Shown in pieces: positions 1 through 9,999 of a DNA stretch of 64,000 nucleotides (positions are counted from its first letter, which is position 1; each line of letters opens with the position of its first letter). The DNA lies in NCBI GenBank assembly GCA_965279515.1, contig CBDIID010000003.1:4224001-4288000 (forward strand), read 5' to 3'. Origin of the DNA: Turneriella sp. (GTDB lineage Bacteria; Spirochaetota; Leptospiria; Turneriellales; Turneriellaceae). The notes below the pieces were generated by a model, which did no database searches, was not told the DNA's origin, and was given only the letters and a program-made list of their open reading frames with translations. The position numbers and the translations under genes are program-made.

Positions 1-52
1 TTCGCCGCAATCAAAAATCTACTTTACTTTCGCCGCAGTTAGCCCACCTGCG

Positions 53-1978
53 TTGCCGATGCGGCTTTTCTGGGCGGTGCTTCTTCTGACGCAACCCGTG
101 TTCTCAATTATTGACAATGCTGAAATTAATCTGACAGGTCGCAACCCGGCCTTGCTGCGGGGGTTCTGGGATTTCAAAGGATTGCCCAACGCTTCCGCAG
201 GGCAGGCGTGGAGCAGGTTGCGGATAGATAAAGAATGGCGGCTCCAGGGAATTGAAAAGGCAGAGCGCGGCTTATTTCGGTTGAAACTGAATATTCCCCA
301 GCCTCTGCGCACAGGTGATTTTGCCCTGATTTTGCCGCCGGTTTCAGCGGCGCTAAAAATCTATTTTAACGGGCAGCTTGTGACCGAAAAGGGAAGGGTC
401 GTGCCGGAGTTGCGCTATCCACAGAATTCATCCGAGGCCTTTGCCTGGTACCCGATTAAGAGAGAATTACTGGTACCGGCAGAGGGGCAGTTATTGACTC
501 TTGAGATGACGGGGTATCAGGGCGGCGGCGGTATTTACGGCAACTCGCATATCTATTTCGGTGGTGTGGATGAAATCCGCGAAAAATTCAATTTCATTTT
601 TTTGACCACGGCGTTCCTTGCGGCGGCAATCTTCATGATCGCGGTTTTTCATTTTGCCCTCGTGCCCGACCGCAACTACCGTCGCGCAAACCTGCACTAC
701 GTTTTGCTTTCGCTGGCGATGGCCTGCCATATTCTTGGGATGAATGGTCTCGGTTATTACATTGTGGATAGTTTCATTTTTAACGCTGCCCTCATCCATA
801 TTATTCTCGCTGTCTTTCCCTTCACACTGATCGGCTTCTCGCTGCGGTATTTCCGCCTGAAATTTCCCCTGATCCGCGCCGTGTCGTACTGGTTTGCGGC
901 GCTCTTGGGTGCGATCCTTCTGGCCTCGGTTGTTTATCCCGGAATCATTCCCTATTACCTTTCTTACGGATTGCCCGCGGGGTTTATGGCGATGGCGCTG
1001 GCGCTGATTTTTTCAATCTACGCGGCCGTCCGGGGTGTTTTGGCGGGAACCGAAGGTGCTCGCCTGGTGCTCACCGGATTTGTTGTTTATAGTGCCACGG
1101 TCGTTAACGACATGATCTCCTATTTCTCCTACGCGACGCCGGTCACGCTTGCCGATGGGGGATTTCTCTTTGCGGTGGTGTGTATCGCCGTCGCGCTGGC
1201 AGGCAGATTGCAGCGGGCGGCGCTCGAAAAAGATGAGCTCAGGGAATGGAAAAAGGAGATCTCGCTCGCCGCGCAGATACAGAATTTGTCGCTGCCAAAG
1301 CGTTCGCTGCGCACAAAACACCTCAGTATTGAGACTCTTTTTAAACCGATGAAAATCATTGGCGGTGATTTTTTTGCCTTCCATGAAATTTCCGAGCACG
1401 CCACGGGAGTTTTTATCGCAGATGTCTCGGGCCACGGTATCGCCGCGGCGCTGCTGGTGAGTACCATCAAATCCATATTTCTCCAGCAGAAGGATTTTGC
1501 CCACGATCCGGCGTTGCTGATGCGCAATATGAATTCGGCGCTTTACCCGCATTTACAGGAACAATTTATCACCGCTGCGTACTGCATCATGGATTTCGAG
1601 ACCGGTAAAATGCGTGTCGCGCAGGCGGGGCATCCGCCTATTTATTTACTGCAGAATAATCACACCGACCTGGATAAAGTGAAGCCCAAAGGCCGTTTTT
1701 TCGGTTTTGCCCCCGACCTGCAGTATGAGACGGCCGAGCTGGATTTATCGCTGTACTCGCGTATTTTTCTCTATTCTGACGGCGTTATCGAAGCAGGTTC
1801 GCTTCAGGGCTCGCCCTATACGGTGACGCGCCTGGAAGACTTTCTGGTGGAATCGGCTTCGTATTCGGGCGACAAGCTGCTTGCGGAGCTCGAGCGCGAC
1901 GTGCATTTAAGAGCGAGAACGCAGATGAATACGGACGACGATTCGAGCTGTGTGGTGATCGATCTGCAGGCGGCCTGA
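53..1978 (+). CDS. Membrane sensor PP2C/SpoIIE-family phosphatase (N-terminal sugar-binding-like domain, 7TM-DISM-like membrane region)
   Basis: Signal peptide, about 7 hydrophobic segments, then SpoIIE motifs GGDFF, IADVSGHG, AGHPP, YSDG, DDSS. Confidence 0.85.
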   Translation: MPMRLFWAVLLLTQPVFSIIDNAEINLTGRNPALLRGFWDFKGLPNASAGQAWSRLRIDKEWRLQGIEKAERGLFRLKLNIPQPLRTGDFALILPPVSAALKIYFNGQLVTEKGRVVPELRYPQNSSEAFAWYPIKRELLVPAEGQLLTLEMTGYQGGGGIYGNSHIYFGGVDEIREKFNFIFLTTAFLAAAIFMIAVFHFALVPDRNYRRANLHYVLLSLAMACHILGMNGLGYYIVDSFIFNAALIHIILAVFPFTLIGFSLRYFRLKFPLIRAVSYWFAALLGAILLASVVYPGIIPYYLSYGLPAGFMAMALALIFSIYAAVRGVLAGTEGARLVLTGFVVYSATVVNDMISYFSYATPVTLADGGFLFAVVCIAVALAGRLQRAALEKDELREWKKEISLAAQIQNLSLPKRSLRTKHLSIETLFKPMKIIGGDFFAFHEISEHATGVFIADVSGHGIAAALLVSTIKSIFLQQKDFAHDPALLMRNMNSALYPHLQEQFITAAYCIMDFETGKMRVAQAGHPPIYLLQNNHTDLDKVKPKGRFFGFAPDLQYETAELDLSLYSRIFLYSDGVIEAGSLQGSPYTVTRLEDFLVESASYSGDKLLAELERDVHLRARTQMNTDDDSSCVVIDLQAA

Positions 1979-1981
1979 GCG

Positions 1982-2713
1982 CTACGGTTGCGCTGTGGTG
2001 GCGAATTTTGCGAAAAAAGCTGCGGAGGAAATACAGTTCTGCATGGCATGCGCAGCGACAGCGGGCCAGATACTCTGCGTGCGCCATGTCATGTACTGAA
2101 AGATTGCGGCCATCACGAGTATCGGCGGCAGGGCGCTCAGGCTGTGTTTACCTTCGATGTGGCTCGCCGTAAAGAGCAGGCCGCAGAATACTGCACCCAT
2201 CAGAATTTTTTTCGGCGACTCGACTCCATAAACCAGCACACCGAAAATCAGGCCGCGAAAGATCCATTCCTCATAGCCGGGAACGGCAACGGAAGTGACA
2301 ACGATGAAGGCCGTTTTATGCTGTAAGATATCCGCGCCGTTGAGAAATCCCAATTGCTGCGGTTCGACTTTGATGAAATGGTAGAGGGCACTGAAAAAAA
2401 CGAGGCTGGCAAAGGTTAAGGCGCAGGAAAGCAAGACATCGCGCGCCTTCACCGCACTGAATGAGAAAATGCCGCAGCGCGTGAATTTGATAAGCAGCGG
2501 CGCCGGTATCAGAAAACCTGCCATCTGCATCACGACACTCTGCATGAGAAAACGAAACGGTAATCCGTGCTCCGTAAGCATTTTGGGGTCGATCGGTTTC
2601 CACATCAGGAACAGCAAGGCGATCAGCTGGATCAACAGGAAGCTGGCGATCAGATAGACCAGAACGGCGATATAACGTTGCCACAACGGGCGCGGCGTAG
2701 GTGCAAACTCCAT
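1982..2713 (-). CDS. CPBP/Abi (CAAX protease-like) intramembrane glutamic endopeptidase
   Basis: EEWIFRG, FTASH and HAMQN motifs in a multi-TM protein. Confidence 0.85.
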   Translation of the reverse strand: MEFAPTPRPLWQRYIAVLVYLIASFLLIQLIALLFLMWKPIDPKMLTEHGLPFRFLMQSVVMQMAGFLIPAPLLIKFTRCGIFSFSAVKARDVLLSCALTFASLVFFSALYHFIKVEPQQLGFLNGADILQHKTAFIVVTSVAVPGYEEWIFRGLIFGVLVYGVESPKKILMGAVFCGLLFTASHIEGKHSLSALPPILVMAAIFQYMTWRTQSIWPAVAAHAMQNCISSAAFFAKFATTAQP

Positions 2714-2724
2714 AGGATTTGCCG

Positions 2725-3138
2725 TCAGCGTTCGTAATTGCGTGAGACTGTCGTGATAATTCCGCCGCGGGCGCCGTAGACCACGGTGACCTTCGCTCGG
2801 CGCATGTCGGCCGCGAGCAGAATGTCATCCATCACGCGGTTCACGACATTTTCATGGAAAATGCCGAGATTACGGTAGGCGAGAAAATATTCTTTCAGCG
2901 ATTTCAGCTCGAGACAATACTTATCGGGCGAGTATTCAATCACCACCGTGCCAAAATCGGGTAGCCCGGTTTTAGGGCAGATCGCCGTGAACTCGGGAAA
3001 ATCCAGGTGGATGTCATAGTCGCGGTCGACGTAGATATTCTCGAAAACGTCGATCGCCGGAAGTTCGAGGGTGCGGATGTGACTCTGCCGTCCCTCATAA
3101 CCGTCGGCGGGGGGATTTCCCCCTGGAACTTTACTCAC
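2725..3138 (-). CDS. queF: NADPH-dependent preQ0 reductase (short, type I QueF)
   Basis: EFTAICPKTGLPDFG, ELKSLKEY, HENVVNR and RGGI motifs; GTG start overlaps the upstream stop. Confidence 0.93.
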   Translation of the reverse strand: MSKVPGGNPPADGYEGRQSHIRTLELPAIDVFENIYVDRDYDIHLDFPEFTAICPKTGLPDFGTVVIEYSPDKYCLELKSLKEYFLAYRNLGIFHENVVNRVMDDILLAADMRRAKVTVVYGARGGIITTVSRNYER

Positions 3139-4877
3139 GCCGCGTTTGTTACAGCGACCGCGAGACCTGCGAGGTAGCGGCGGCTCATCTGGTGGAAGTA
3201 CGGGAATACTTTCGCCTTCGACGCCGCAATGTCGCTGATGTTTTTCTGCTTCGCGATCTGCAGTTGTTGCGCAAGCAGTATCGAGACGTAGATGTGAGCG
3301 AATGCCGTAACCATATCGATGGATACGGCTTCTTTCTCGGCGCGTTCTTTGTACTGCGGTACGAGTTTCGCCAGGGTATCTACATCGGCATTCAGCCCGG
3401 TTTTTTGCGCCGCGTCGCTGAGCTTGTTGATTTCACCACGCAGGTGTGCCAGCAAGAAGCCGTTTTCACGCAGGCCTTCGACGATACCGCCGATCGCAGC
3501 GACCGCCTGAAGCTGTGTTGTGCCTTCGTAGATCGTGCAGATACGCGCGTCGCGGTAGATTTTCGCGATGTCGTATTCTTCGGTATAACCCGAGCCACCG
3601 AAGATTTGCAGTGAGTGGTAGGCCACAAAATTGGCGTATTCGCTGCAAAACAGCTTCGCTGTGGGAGTCAGGAGTTTCGCGAGTTTATCGAGACGAACGA
3701 CATCTTCGTTCTTACGTGCCGCGCGCTCGTCGCTTTCTTTGATGAGTTTTGCGGAGAGGCCGTCGTAGTGATCGACGACTTCACAGGCGCGGTATACCAG
3801 CGCCCGCATGCCCTGGATATAGGCTTCATTGTCGTCGAGAATCCGGCGGACGGCGGCAAGTTTATCGATCGTGGCGCCGAACTGCACGCGCTCTGAAGCG
3901 TACTTGATACCTTCGGCATGGGCGGCTTGCGCGATACCCAAAGACTGTACGGCGATGCCCATGCGTGCACCGTTCATCATCCCCATCGCATAGCGTATGA
4001 GGCCTAAACCTTCTTCGCCGATGAGTTCAGCCTTGCTGTTTTCAAACACGATTTCGCAGGTGGGAGAGATATGGAGGCCCAGTTTCTCTTCGATGCGTGC
4101 GACTTCGATATCGTTGCTGTGCACGAGAAAAAAGGACAATCCTTTCGCGCCCGCACCGCCGGAACGTGCGAGAGTGAGGATCACACTGGGTTTGTCGCCC
4201 ATGCCGCAGCCGTGGGTGATGAAACGTTTGGTGCCGGTCAGGCGCCAGGCACCGGCATCGTCTTTTACGGCTTTTGTCGCCACGCGCGAAAGGTCTGAAC
4301 CGTAGTTGGGTTCGGTGAGCGCCATGGCTCCTGTGACTTCACCCGCGGACATTTTGGGCACCCATTCGTCGGTCATCTTTTGGCCGCCGAAACGTTCGAT
4401 GACTTCAGCGAGGTTATAACAACCGAGGGCAATACCGAAGGCTGGGTCGGCGCGGGATACCAGCTCCATGACGATGGAAGATGCAGAGAGATTCATACCC
4501 AAACCACCGTGGTGGCGACCCATCGCATAACCTAAGAGACCTGATTGTGTGAAGAGGTCGACGAGGCGTACCATGTCGGGGGGAAATGTAACCTTGCCGC
4601 TGTTAAATTTGAGGCCGTGTTTATCCATCGCACGTGCTGCGCCGGCAACTTCGACACCGGCGAGTTCACCCGTTTGCTGCCATACGGCTTTATAGCCTTC
4701 GACGGCTTCTTCGGTGTTGTTAGGGGCAAATTCAAGATGTTTATCGCCGGTTTTTTTGAATTCGGCGCCGTCTTTAAAGCCTTCTTCTTTGAGCGGAATG
4801 ATCGTCGCCCAGTCGATGAAATGATCCACCGTAAATGCCAGATCTGCATTGTCGTCGAAATAGTTACCTTGTACCAT
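3135..4877 (-). CDS. Acyl-CoA dehydrogenase
   Basis: MALTEPNYGSD, GTKRFIT, KLGLHISPT, QIFGGSGY and IYEGTTQLQ; start placed at ATG 4877 after a GGAGG RBS. Confidence 0.92.
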   Translation of the reverse strand: MVQGNYFDDNADLAFTVDHFIDWATIIPLKEEGFKDGAEFKKTGDKHLEFAPNNTEEAVEGYKAVWQQTGELAGVEVAGAARAMDKHGLKFNSGKVTFPPDMVRLVDLFTQSGLLGYAMGRHHGGLGMNLSASSIVMELVSRADPAFGIALGCYNLAEVIERFGGQKMTDEWVPKMSAGEVTGAMALTEPNYGSDLSRVATKAVKDDAGAWRLTGTKRFITHGCGMGDKPSVILTLARSGGAGAKGLSFFLVHSNDIEVARIEEKLGLHISPTCEIVFENSKAELIGEEGLGLIRYAMGMMNGARMGIAVQSLGIAQAAHAEGIKYASERVQFGATIDKLAAVRRILDDNEAYIQGMRALVYRACEVVDHYDGLSAKLIKESDERAARKNEDVVRLDKLAKLLTPTAKLFCSEYANFVAYHSLQIFGGSGYTEEYDIAKIYRDARICTIYEGTTQLQAVAAIGGIVEGLRENGFLLAHLRGEINKLSDAAQKTGLNADVDTLAKLVPQYKERAEKEAVSIDMVTAFAHIYVSILLAQQLQIAKQKNISDIAASKAKVFPYFHQMSRRYLAGLAVAVTNAA

Positions 4878-5069
4878 GTTTCCTCCCAAGGCTGCCGAAG
4901 CAGCTGCGCCGAAACGCGTCGATGATCGTCGACGTGTTCTGGAGACGAAACAGGTCGTCAATCCAGATGGGCATTGTAGCGATCGTTCCAGAGGTCTACA
5001 GGGTCGGTTTCGTCTAAATAGTTGGCACAAATCAGGCGCCCATTCGTCTTAAGTAGGATAGGGGGCAAA

Positions 5070-6029
5070 ATGAAACTTGCATATCAACTTACATTATTAT
5101 TGGCTGCTGTGGCAGGGTGCGCTAAGAGCAGTTCTGATACCAGCTCTTCCGATGTCAGCGATGCGATAGAGAGCCAGATCAGCACACTGAACGGGGCGAC
5201 GAGTGACGTCAATGCCGGCAATACCAGTACTGCCATCGCCTACATGAGCCCTGCCGAGCAGAAGCTGCTCGATCGTCAGAGTTTTGGGCAGAGAATCGGC
5301 GAATATGCCGGCCGGCTCTTGGATTCGAGCCTGCACGCAACATCAGTTTCTGTCAGCTGCAGTTCCGGTGGTTTTACTGATACGCCATCGACGAGTTTCA
5401 GCGGCAACAGCGGTTCTGTTCTCGTGACCCGGCAATGGAGCAACTGCACCGGTGATCTGGGCGCGTTCAAGCGCAACGGCACTGTTTACCTGCAATTCAG
5501 CGGCCTGCAGGGCACGACGCCCTATGTACAGAATGGCGCAACCCTGGTCCGCGCTACCTCATCGCTGACGATGACCCGCACCCGAACCGGCAATTATGTC
5601 GATATTTCAGGAAACGATACGGCCAATCAGGCGAGCGGCGCCAACGGAAACCAGAAATTTACCTGGACGGGAAACACTGCATACACGCTGGCTATCAATG
5701 AGACGAGGACGGGAAAAATGCCTTCGGGTTCCACGCTATTCCGCCATGTTGTCACGACGCCGACTCCGTTAGCGGTGAGCTTTAGCAACACGACGCGGAC
5801 AATCCAGTCCGGGTCAGTAAAAATCGCGCATACACTCGCGAACTTTGATGTCACCACAACGTTTTCCAATGCGGTGTGGAATACCAGCAGCTGTCAACCG
5901 GTGAGCGGCAGTGCAACAGTGACGGTTTCGGGATCGATCACCGGCACCGGTACGCTCAGCTTCAGTAACGGCACGATTAACTTTACCTACGGCGATAGCT
6001 CAGGAACCATTACGACTCCCGGCTGTTGA
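5070..6029 (+). CDS. Ser/Thr/Gly-rich beta-strand lipoprotein, unknown function
   Basis: MKLAYQLTLLLAAVAG-C lipobox; alternating beta pattern; paired Cys. Confidence 0.75.
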   Translation: MKLAYQLTLLLAAVAGCAKSSSDTSSSDVSDAIESQISTLNGATSDVNAGNTSTAIAYMSPAEQKLLDRQSFGQRIGEYAGRLLDSSLHATSVSVSCSSGGFTDTPSTSFSGNSGSVLVTRQWSNCTGDLGAFKRNGTVYLQFSGLQGTTPYVQNGATLVRATSSLTMTRTRTGNYVDISGNDTANQASGANGNQKFTWTGNTAYTLAINETRTGKMPSGSTLFRHVVTTPTPLAVSFSNTTRTIQSGSVKIAHTLANFDVTTTFSNAVWNTSSCQPVSGSATVTVSGSITGTGTLSFSNGTINFTYGDSSGTITTPGC

Positions 6030-6053
6030 CACGGGCCTTTGGCCCGCCTGGGT

Positions 6054-6275
6054 TTACATCAGGTACTTGTTGAGTTCCACAGGGTCGGTGGTCTCATCAA
6101 AGGTTTCGCCGCACTTAATGCATTGGTAGTTAATGTGAATGGGCTTCACGGAGATGCCCGTATAAAGACCAACGCTTCCCCAGAACGTATATTTGTTCTT
6201 ACGAATCACATGCGGATGACTGCGGTTATGGCCGCAGGAGCATGTTTTTGTGCCTGGCGCCGTGGTTACTTCCAT
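6054..6275 (-). CDS. Small putative zinc-ribbon protein
   Basis: CSCGH ... CIKC; 73 aa, starts 9 nt after the acyltransferase stop. Confidence 0.7.
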   Translation of the reverse strand: MEVTTAPGTKTCSCGHNRSHPHVIRKNKYTFWGSVGLYTGISVKPIHINYQCIKCGETFDETTDPVELNKYLM

Positions 6276-6284
6276 ATTGCCAAC

Positions 6285-7574
6285 TTACGTAATTTTACTC
6301 TTCACCGCAAGAATTTCTTCATTCGTAAAAAGCGGGCTTGTCAGCGACTGTGCTTCATCGAGTAGCTTTTGCATGTCGCCGCGCAGGCGGTTGGTAAAAT
6401 TCTCAACGGCCACGCGCCGGTCCTTGCGGTTCTCGGTTACAATCTCGGAAAGTTTGTACGGTTTGCCGAACAGAATATGCGCGCGGCGCGGCAGGTGCGA
6501 GGGAACTCCACCCAGTGCCCTCGGGATTTTTTTGAACATATACGATTCATAACGGTCGAGCCATTCATAGAGCCGCTCGGGCGTCGGGTTATCCAGGATA
6601 TAATCGCGTTTCATGACGATGAAGTCAAAGATCAGCACTGCATCCTTATGCGCCTCTTTAATGGTCTTGCTGCTCAGTTTCGGCAGTTTCGGGTCGGGGT
6701 ATCTTAACTGGTGGAGCTCCACCAAAGCAAAGAGCCGGCGCCACTTACGGATAGCGTCTTCATTCGGGTCAAAATTCGCCGCCTGGATCTTTTCTGCTAA
6801 TTGGTTGAGCATGGCATGGCGTACGCGGCCGATACGGAAATCAAAATCTTTTCCCGGCTCGACCGTCACTTTGAAGTCCGCTTCGGCCTTTTCGAGCAGC
6901 AACCGGCCCACCGTCAGAAAACGGTGCAACAGGTGTTTGCCCGTGGTATCGAGGCCCAGCTTTTTTTCGATCTTACCCAGCGATCGACTCAGGTCATGCA
7001 GGATCTTCTCTTTCGGCGATGTGATGACAAACTTCATGAATCCGTACCAGACGTTGATATCGGCGTTCGGGTCGATCTTGCGGGCATCTTCGAGACCCCA
7101 GAGGCCCAGCTGGGCGACGCCCGGCTGGAACGGCATCAGCGTATCGACTTCACCCGAGGTTGGCTCGCCTTCGGGAAAAATGACAAGCTTACCGGTGGGT
7201 TCGGATAAAATTTTGCGCGTGAGTTTCATTGCGTCGCGGTCGGGAACACCGGCGATGACCGAATACGCACCGATGCGGCGGATGGCCCAGCCGATCAGGC
7301 CGCCCTGCCAGTTGAAGACCTGGCGCGAGGCCATGAATTTGAAGCGCTGGCCGAGCAAACGGCCCAGGTAGAAAACCAGTGGTGGTTCAGCCGTCGAAGG
7401 ATGGTTCGTGAAAAACAGCAGGCGTTCGTTTTTAAACTTTTTCAGCGTCGCGATATCCTCATCGCGGATAATCACCTGCTTGATGTTCTGCATGGCGCCC
7501 AAAAGCGGGAAAAACAGCTTGGAGGCCAGCCAGGGTAAAAAACGGTTCTCAACGGGTGGGATAAAGTGGCGCAT
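6285..7574 (-). CDS. PlsC-family phospholipid/glycerol acyltransferase
   Basis: NHPSTAE (HxxxxD/E) and IFPEG motifs. Confidence 0.85.
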   Translation of the reverse strand: MRHFIPPVENRFLPWLASKLFFPLLGAMQNIKQVIIRDEDIATLKKFKNERLLFFTNHPSTAEPPLVFYLGRLLGQRFKFMASRQVFNWQGGLIGWAIRRIGAYSVIAGVPDRDAMKLTRKILSEPTGKLVIFPEGEPTSGEVDTLMPFQPGVAQLGLWGLEDARKIDPNADINVWYGFMKFVITSPKEKILHDLSRSLGKIEKKLGLDTTGKHLLHRFLTVGRLLLEKAEADFKVTVEPGKDFDFRIGRVRHAMLNQLAEKIQAANFDPNEDAIRKWRRLFALVELHQLRYPDPKLPKLSSKTIKEAHKDAVLIFDFIVMKRDYILDNPTPERLYEWLDRYESYMFKKIPRALGGVPSHLPRRAHILFGKPYKLSEIVTENRKDRRVAVENFTNRLRGDMQKLLDEAQSLTSPLFTNEEILAVKSKIT

Positions 7575-7671
7575 CAGAAAGGGCTGTGTGAACGGCCTGT
7601 TTTGTCAATGATTTAGGCCCTGATAAAACACAAAAACTTGACGACATGTTTAATTTTGCTATTTTTACTAC

Positions 7672-7890
7672 ATGAGCCGGATAGTCCACGTCGTCAAAGA
7701 TGATTGCACAAGCTGCAGCCTTTGCGCCGATACGCATCCGCAGTATTTTCGCCTCGACAGCGACGACCTCGCTGAGACGCACAATGCGGGCGAGAACGTA
7801 AACAACGCTTCGGTTGCCGAAGCTGACTACGCCAAGGTGCAAGAGTCGATCGACGACTGCCCGGGCGAGTGCATTAAGTGGAAAGAGTAG
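7672..7890 (+). CDS. Single-cluster ferredoxin
   Basis: CTSCSLC ... CPGECI. Confidence 0.88.
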   Translation: MSRIVHVVKDDCTSCSLCADTHPQYFRLDSDDLAETHNAGENVNNASVAEADYAKVQESIDDCPGECIKWKE

Positions 7891-7906
7891 CCAGCGCCCC
7901 AAGGCG

Positions 7907-8371
7907 ATGAGCGATTCTGACCTTGCGCTGGCCAACCGCTGGCACGAACATTACCGTAAACTCGAGAATATGTACCTGAAGAGCGCGCAGATCAACGCGT
8001 TCTTTAAGCCCGGTCTCAAAGTCGGCCGCATGGAAGCCGAAGTGACGATTCCCGTACGCCCTGATTTTTTTCATGCCGCGCAGTCCGTGCACGGTGCGGT
8101 GTATTTCAAGGCGCTCGACGATGCGGCTTTTTTTGCAGCGAACTCGATCGTGACCGACGTCTTCGTGCTGACACTGACGTTTCAGGTACAGCTGACGCGC
8201 GCCATTAAGGGCGGCGTCATGACCGCGAAGGGCAAGGTTTTACAGAACCTGGGCAACCAGATCATCGCCGAATCGATACTCTACGACGACCGCGGCAAAG
8301 AGGCCGCGCGCGGTAACGGCGTGTTTGTTAAAAGCAAGGTTGCCCTCTCGCCCGAAATCGGCTATCGGTGA
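7907..8371 (+). CDS. PaaI/hotdog-fold thioesterase
   Basis: VHGAVYFKALDDAAFFA motif; start set at ATG 7907. Confidence 0.85.
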   Translation: MSDSDLALANRWHEHYRKLENMYLKSAQINAFFKPGLKVGRMEAEVTIPVRPDFFHAAQSVHGAVYFKALDDAAFFAANSIVTDVFVLTLTFQVQLTRAIKGGVMTAKGKVLQNLGNQIIAESILYDDRGKEAARGNGVFVKSKVALSPEIGYR

Positions 8372-8395
8372 GTGGGATAACCTGCCGCAAGAGAT

Positions 8396-8818
8396 TCAGC
8401 CGACGATCTTGATCTGCAGCGAGGCCAATGCGATGAGGGCGATACCGGCGAGGCTTATTGCCCAGATTAATGTGCGGAAATATGCAACCCCGGAAAGATA
8501 CAAGGGCCAGTAAATAACCCTGCTGTAGAAAAATATTTGTGCACCGAGCGTGGTCTGCTCGCGCGCTGCGCCAGCGACAACGGCTGTGAGTGCGACGGCG
8601 GTAAAGATAATCAGGTTTTCTCCCATGTTTTTCGCCGCACGGTCGGCGCGGGCCATCGTGAGGGTGCGGTCGGGCAATTTATCGCGGCTGCCGAAAGCAA
8701 GCAGCATGCCTGGCCATGTCCAGCCTTTGACATGGTAGAGACTCGCGAATAACAGCATTACCCAGTAGAGCAAGACCGAGGCGAGCAGAAAGTAAAGAAC
8801 CGGAAAATTTTGTAGCAT
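8396..8818 (-). CDS. MAPEG family membrane protein
   Basis: RADRAAKNMGEN and SRVIYWPLY in a 4-TM protein. Confidence 0.82.
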   Translation of the reverse strand: MLQNFPVLYFLLASVLLYWVMLLFASLYHVKGWTWPGMLLAFGSRDKLPDRTLTMARADRAAKNMGENLIIFTAVALTAVVAGAAREQTTLGAQIFFYSRVIYWPLYLSGVAYFRTLIWAISLAGIALIALASLQIKIVG

Positions 8819-8877
8819 AGGTTACGAGAAAATATACCGCCGGACACGCAAGCGCTTTCCGGCGGGGGCTCCCACTT

Positions 8878-9984
8878 TTACCTGCCGACTATACCAGCGG
8901 CTTCGGGCCTGAAGCGATAGAGATAATATGGCCCCTTGGCTTTCACCGTTGCCGCGCTCTGTAAAATTACCTCGTTGAGTGAGCTTGCCGTGAGATAGGT
9001 ATATCCGTCCGGCGCGAAACTCATGCCGTCGGGCCAGCGCAGCGCCGTATCGCGGTAAAGTGTCTGCAGGTAGCGCGTGTTCGGGTCGATGAGGTGGATG
9101 GCCGAATGTTCCGGATCGGTGACATAGATATTGCCTGCGGTATCGATGCTGATGCCGTCAGTCATACTCTTGGTGGCAAAACGTTCGACGGCCGCCGCCA
9201 GGTTGGCGTTCGAAACCGAGAAGTCGGCGAGCGTTGCCGTGCGTATGCGGTAGAGATCCATCGAGTTGAAGGGCCCGTAGTAGAGCCATTCGCCCGCCGC
9301 ATCGAGTGTAATCGAGTCGGCGTTGAACACCACTGGATATCCCAACACTTTGAACGGTGCGCCGTTGACGCGGATCTGGTAATCGCCGCCTGTCACCGAC
9401 GTGGTACCTTCAAGCACCCGGCGCGCTTTTTTCTGCACAATGTCATAGACGATGAGCGCGCCCTTGCGGCCGAGTGGATTTGTATCGGTGATGTAAATAC
9501 GGTTGCGGGCGACATCGATCTGCATATCGTTCAGCACCGAGTCTTTCACTGCGATATCTTTCGGAAAAACAAACTCGTGCACAAGCGCGTGTGACGTTAT
9601 ATCGAATGCGTAGAGTTTTGGCGTCGTTGTCAGCGTGCCGAGCAGTGAAGGGTTTGCATAGTCGAGCACCCAGAGGCGGTTCAGTGCATCGACGCGCAGC
9701 GAAAGCACGCTCACGAACTTCGCCTGGAAGGCCGCGTCGGGAAACGGAACCACCGCGCCGGCTGCGAGTTCGGCTACTTTAACGGGTGGCTGTCCCTCGG
9801 GGAAAAAGGAAAAAAATATCCGGCCGTTAGGCGCGGCAGAGACATTGCCCGATGGGTATTCGAGCGTGGCCACGCTCTCCATTTCAGAGAAAGCGTGGCG
9901 TGGCAGCGTCGAAAGGTCGGGAAAGTCGGTCACGGCGCAGGCGCTTAGCGCGACTACGGGCAAAAATCGTATGATTCGATTCAT
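8878..9984 (-). CDS. Major royal jelly protein/Yellow-like beta-propeller lipoprotein
   Basis: Lipobox LSA-C; RLWVLD, LNDMQID, ALIVYD, DGISID and LRWPDG motifs. Confidence 0.82.
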   Translation of the reverse strand: MNRIIRFLPVVALSACAVTDFPDLSTLPRHAFSEMESVATLEYPSGNVSAAPNGRIFFSFFPEGQPPVKVAELAAGAVVPFPDAAFQAKFVSVLSLRVDALNRLWVLDYANPSLLGTLTTTPKLYAFDITSHALVHEFVFPKDIAVKDSVLNDMQIDVARNRIYITDTNPLGRKGALIVYDIVQKKARRVLEGTTSVTGGDYQIRVNGAPFKVLGYPVVFNADSITLDAAGEWLYYGPFNSMDLYRIRTATLADFSVSNANLAAAVERFATKSMTDGISIDTAGNIYVTDPEHSAIHLIDPNTRYLQTLYRDTALRWPDGMSFAPDGYTYLTASSLNEVILQSAATVKAKGPYYLYRFRPEAAGIVGR

Positions 9985-9999
9985 GTTGTTCTCCTTGGC

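Noticed and set aside
3139..3250. preQ1 riboswitch upstream of queF
   Set aside because: The queF start overlaps the acyl-CoA dehydrogenase stop, so there is no leader, and no motif was recognised.
4943..5015. Possible riboswitch (AGACGAAAC/GTTTCGTCT stem) before the lipoprotein gene
   Set aside because: No recognisable aptamer consensus; the evidence is only one 9-bp stem.
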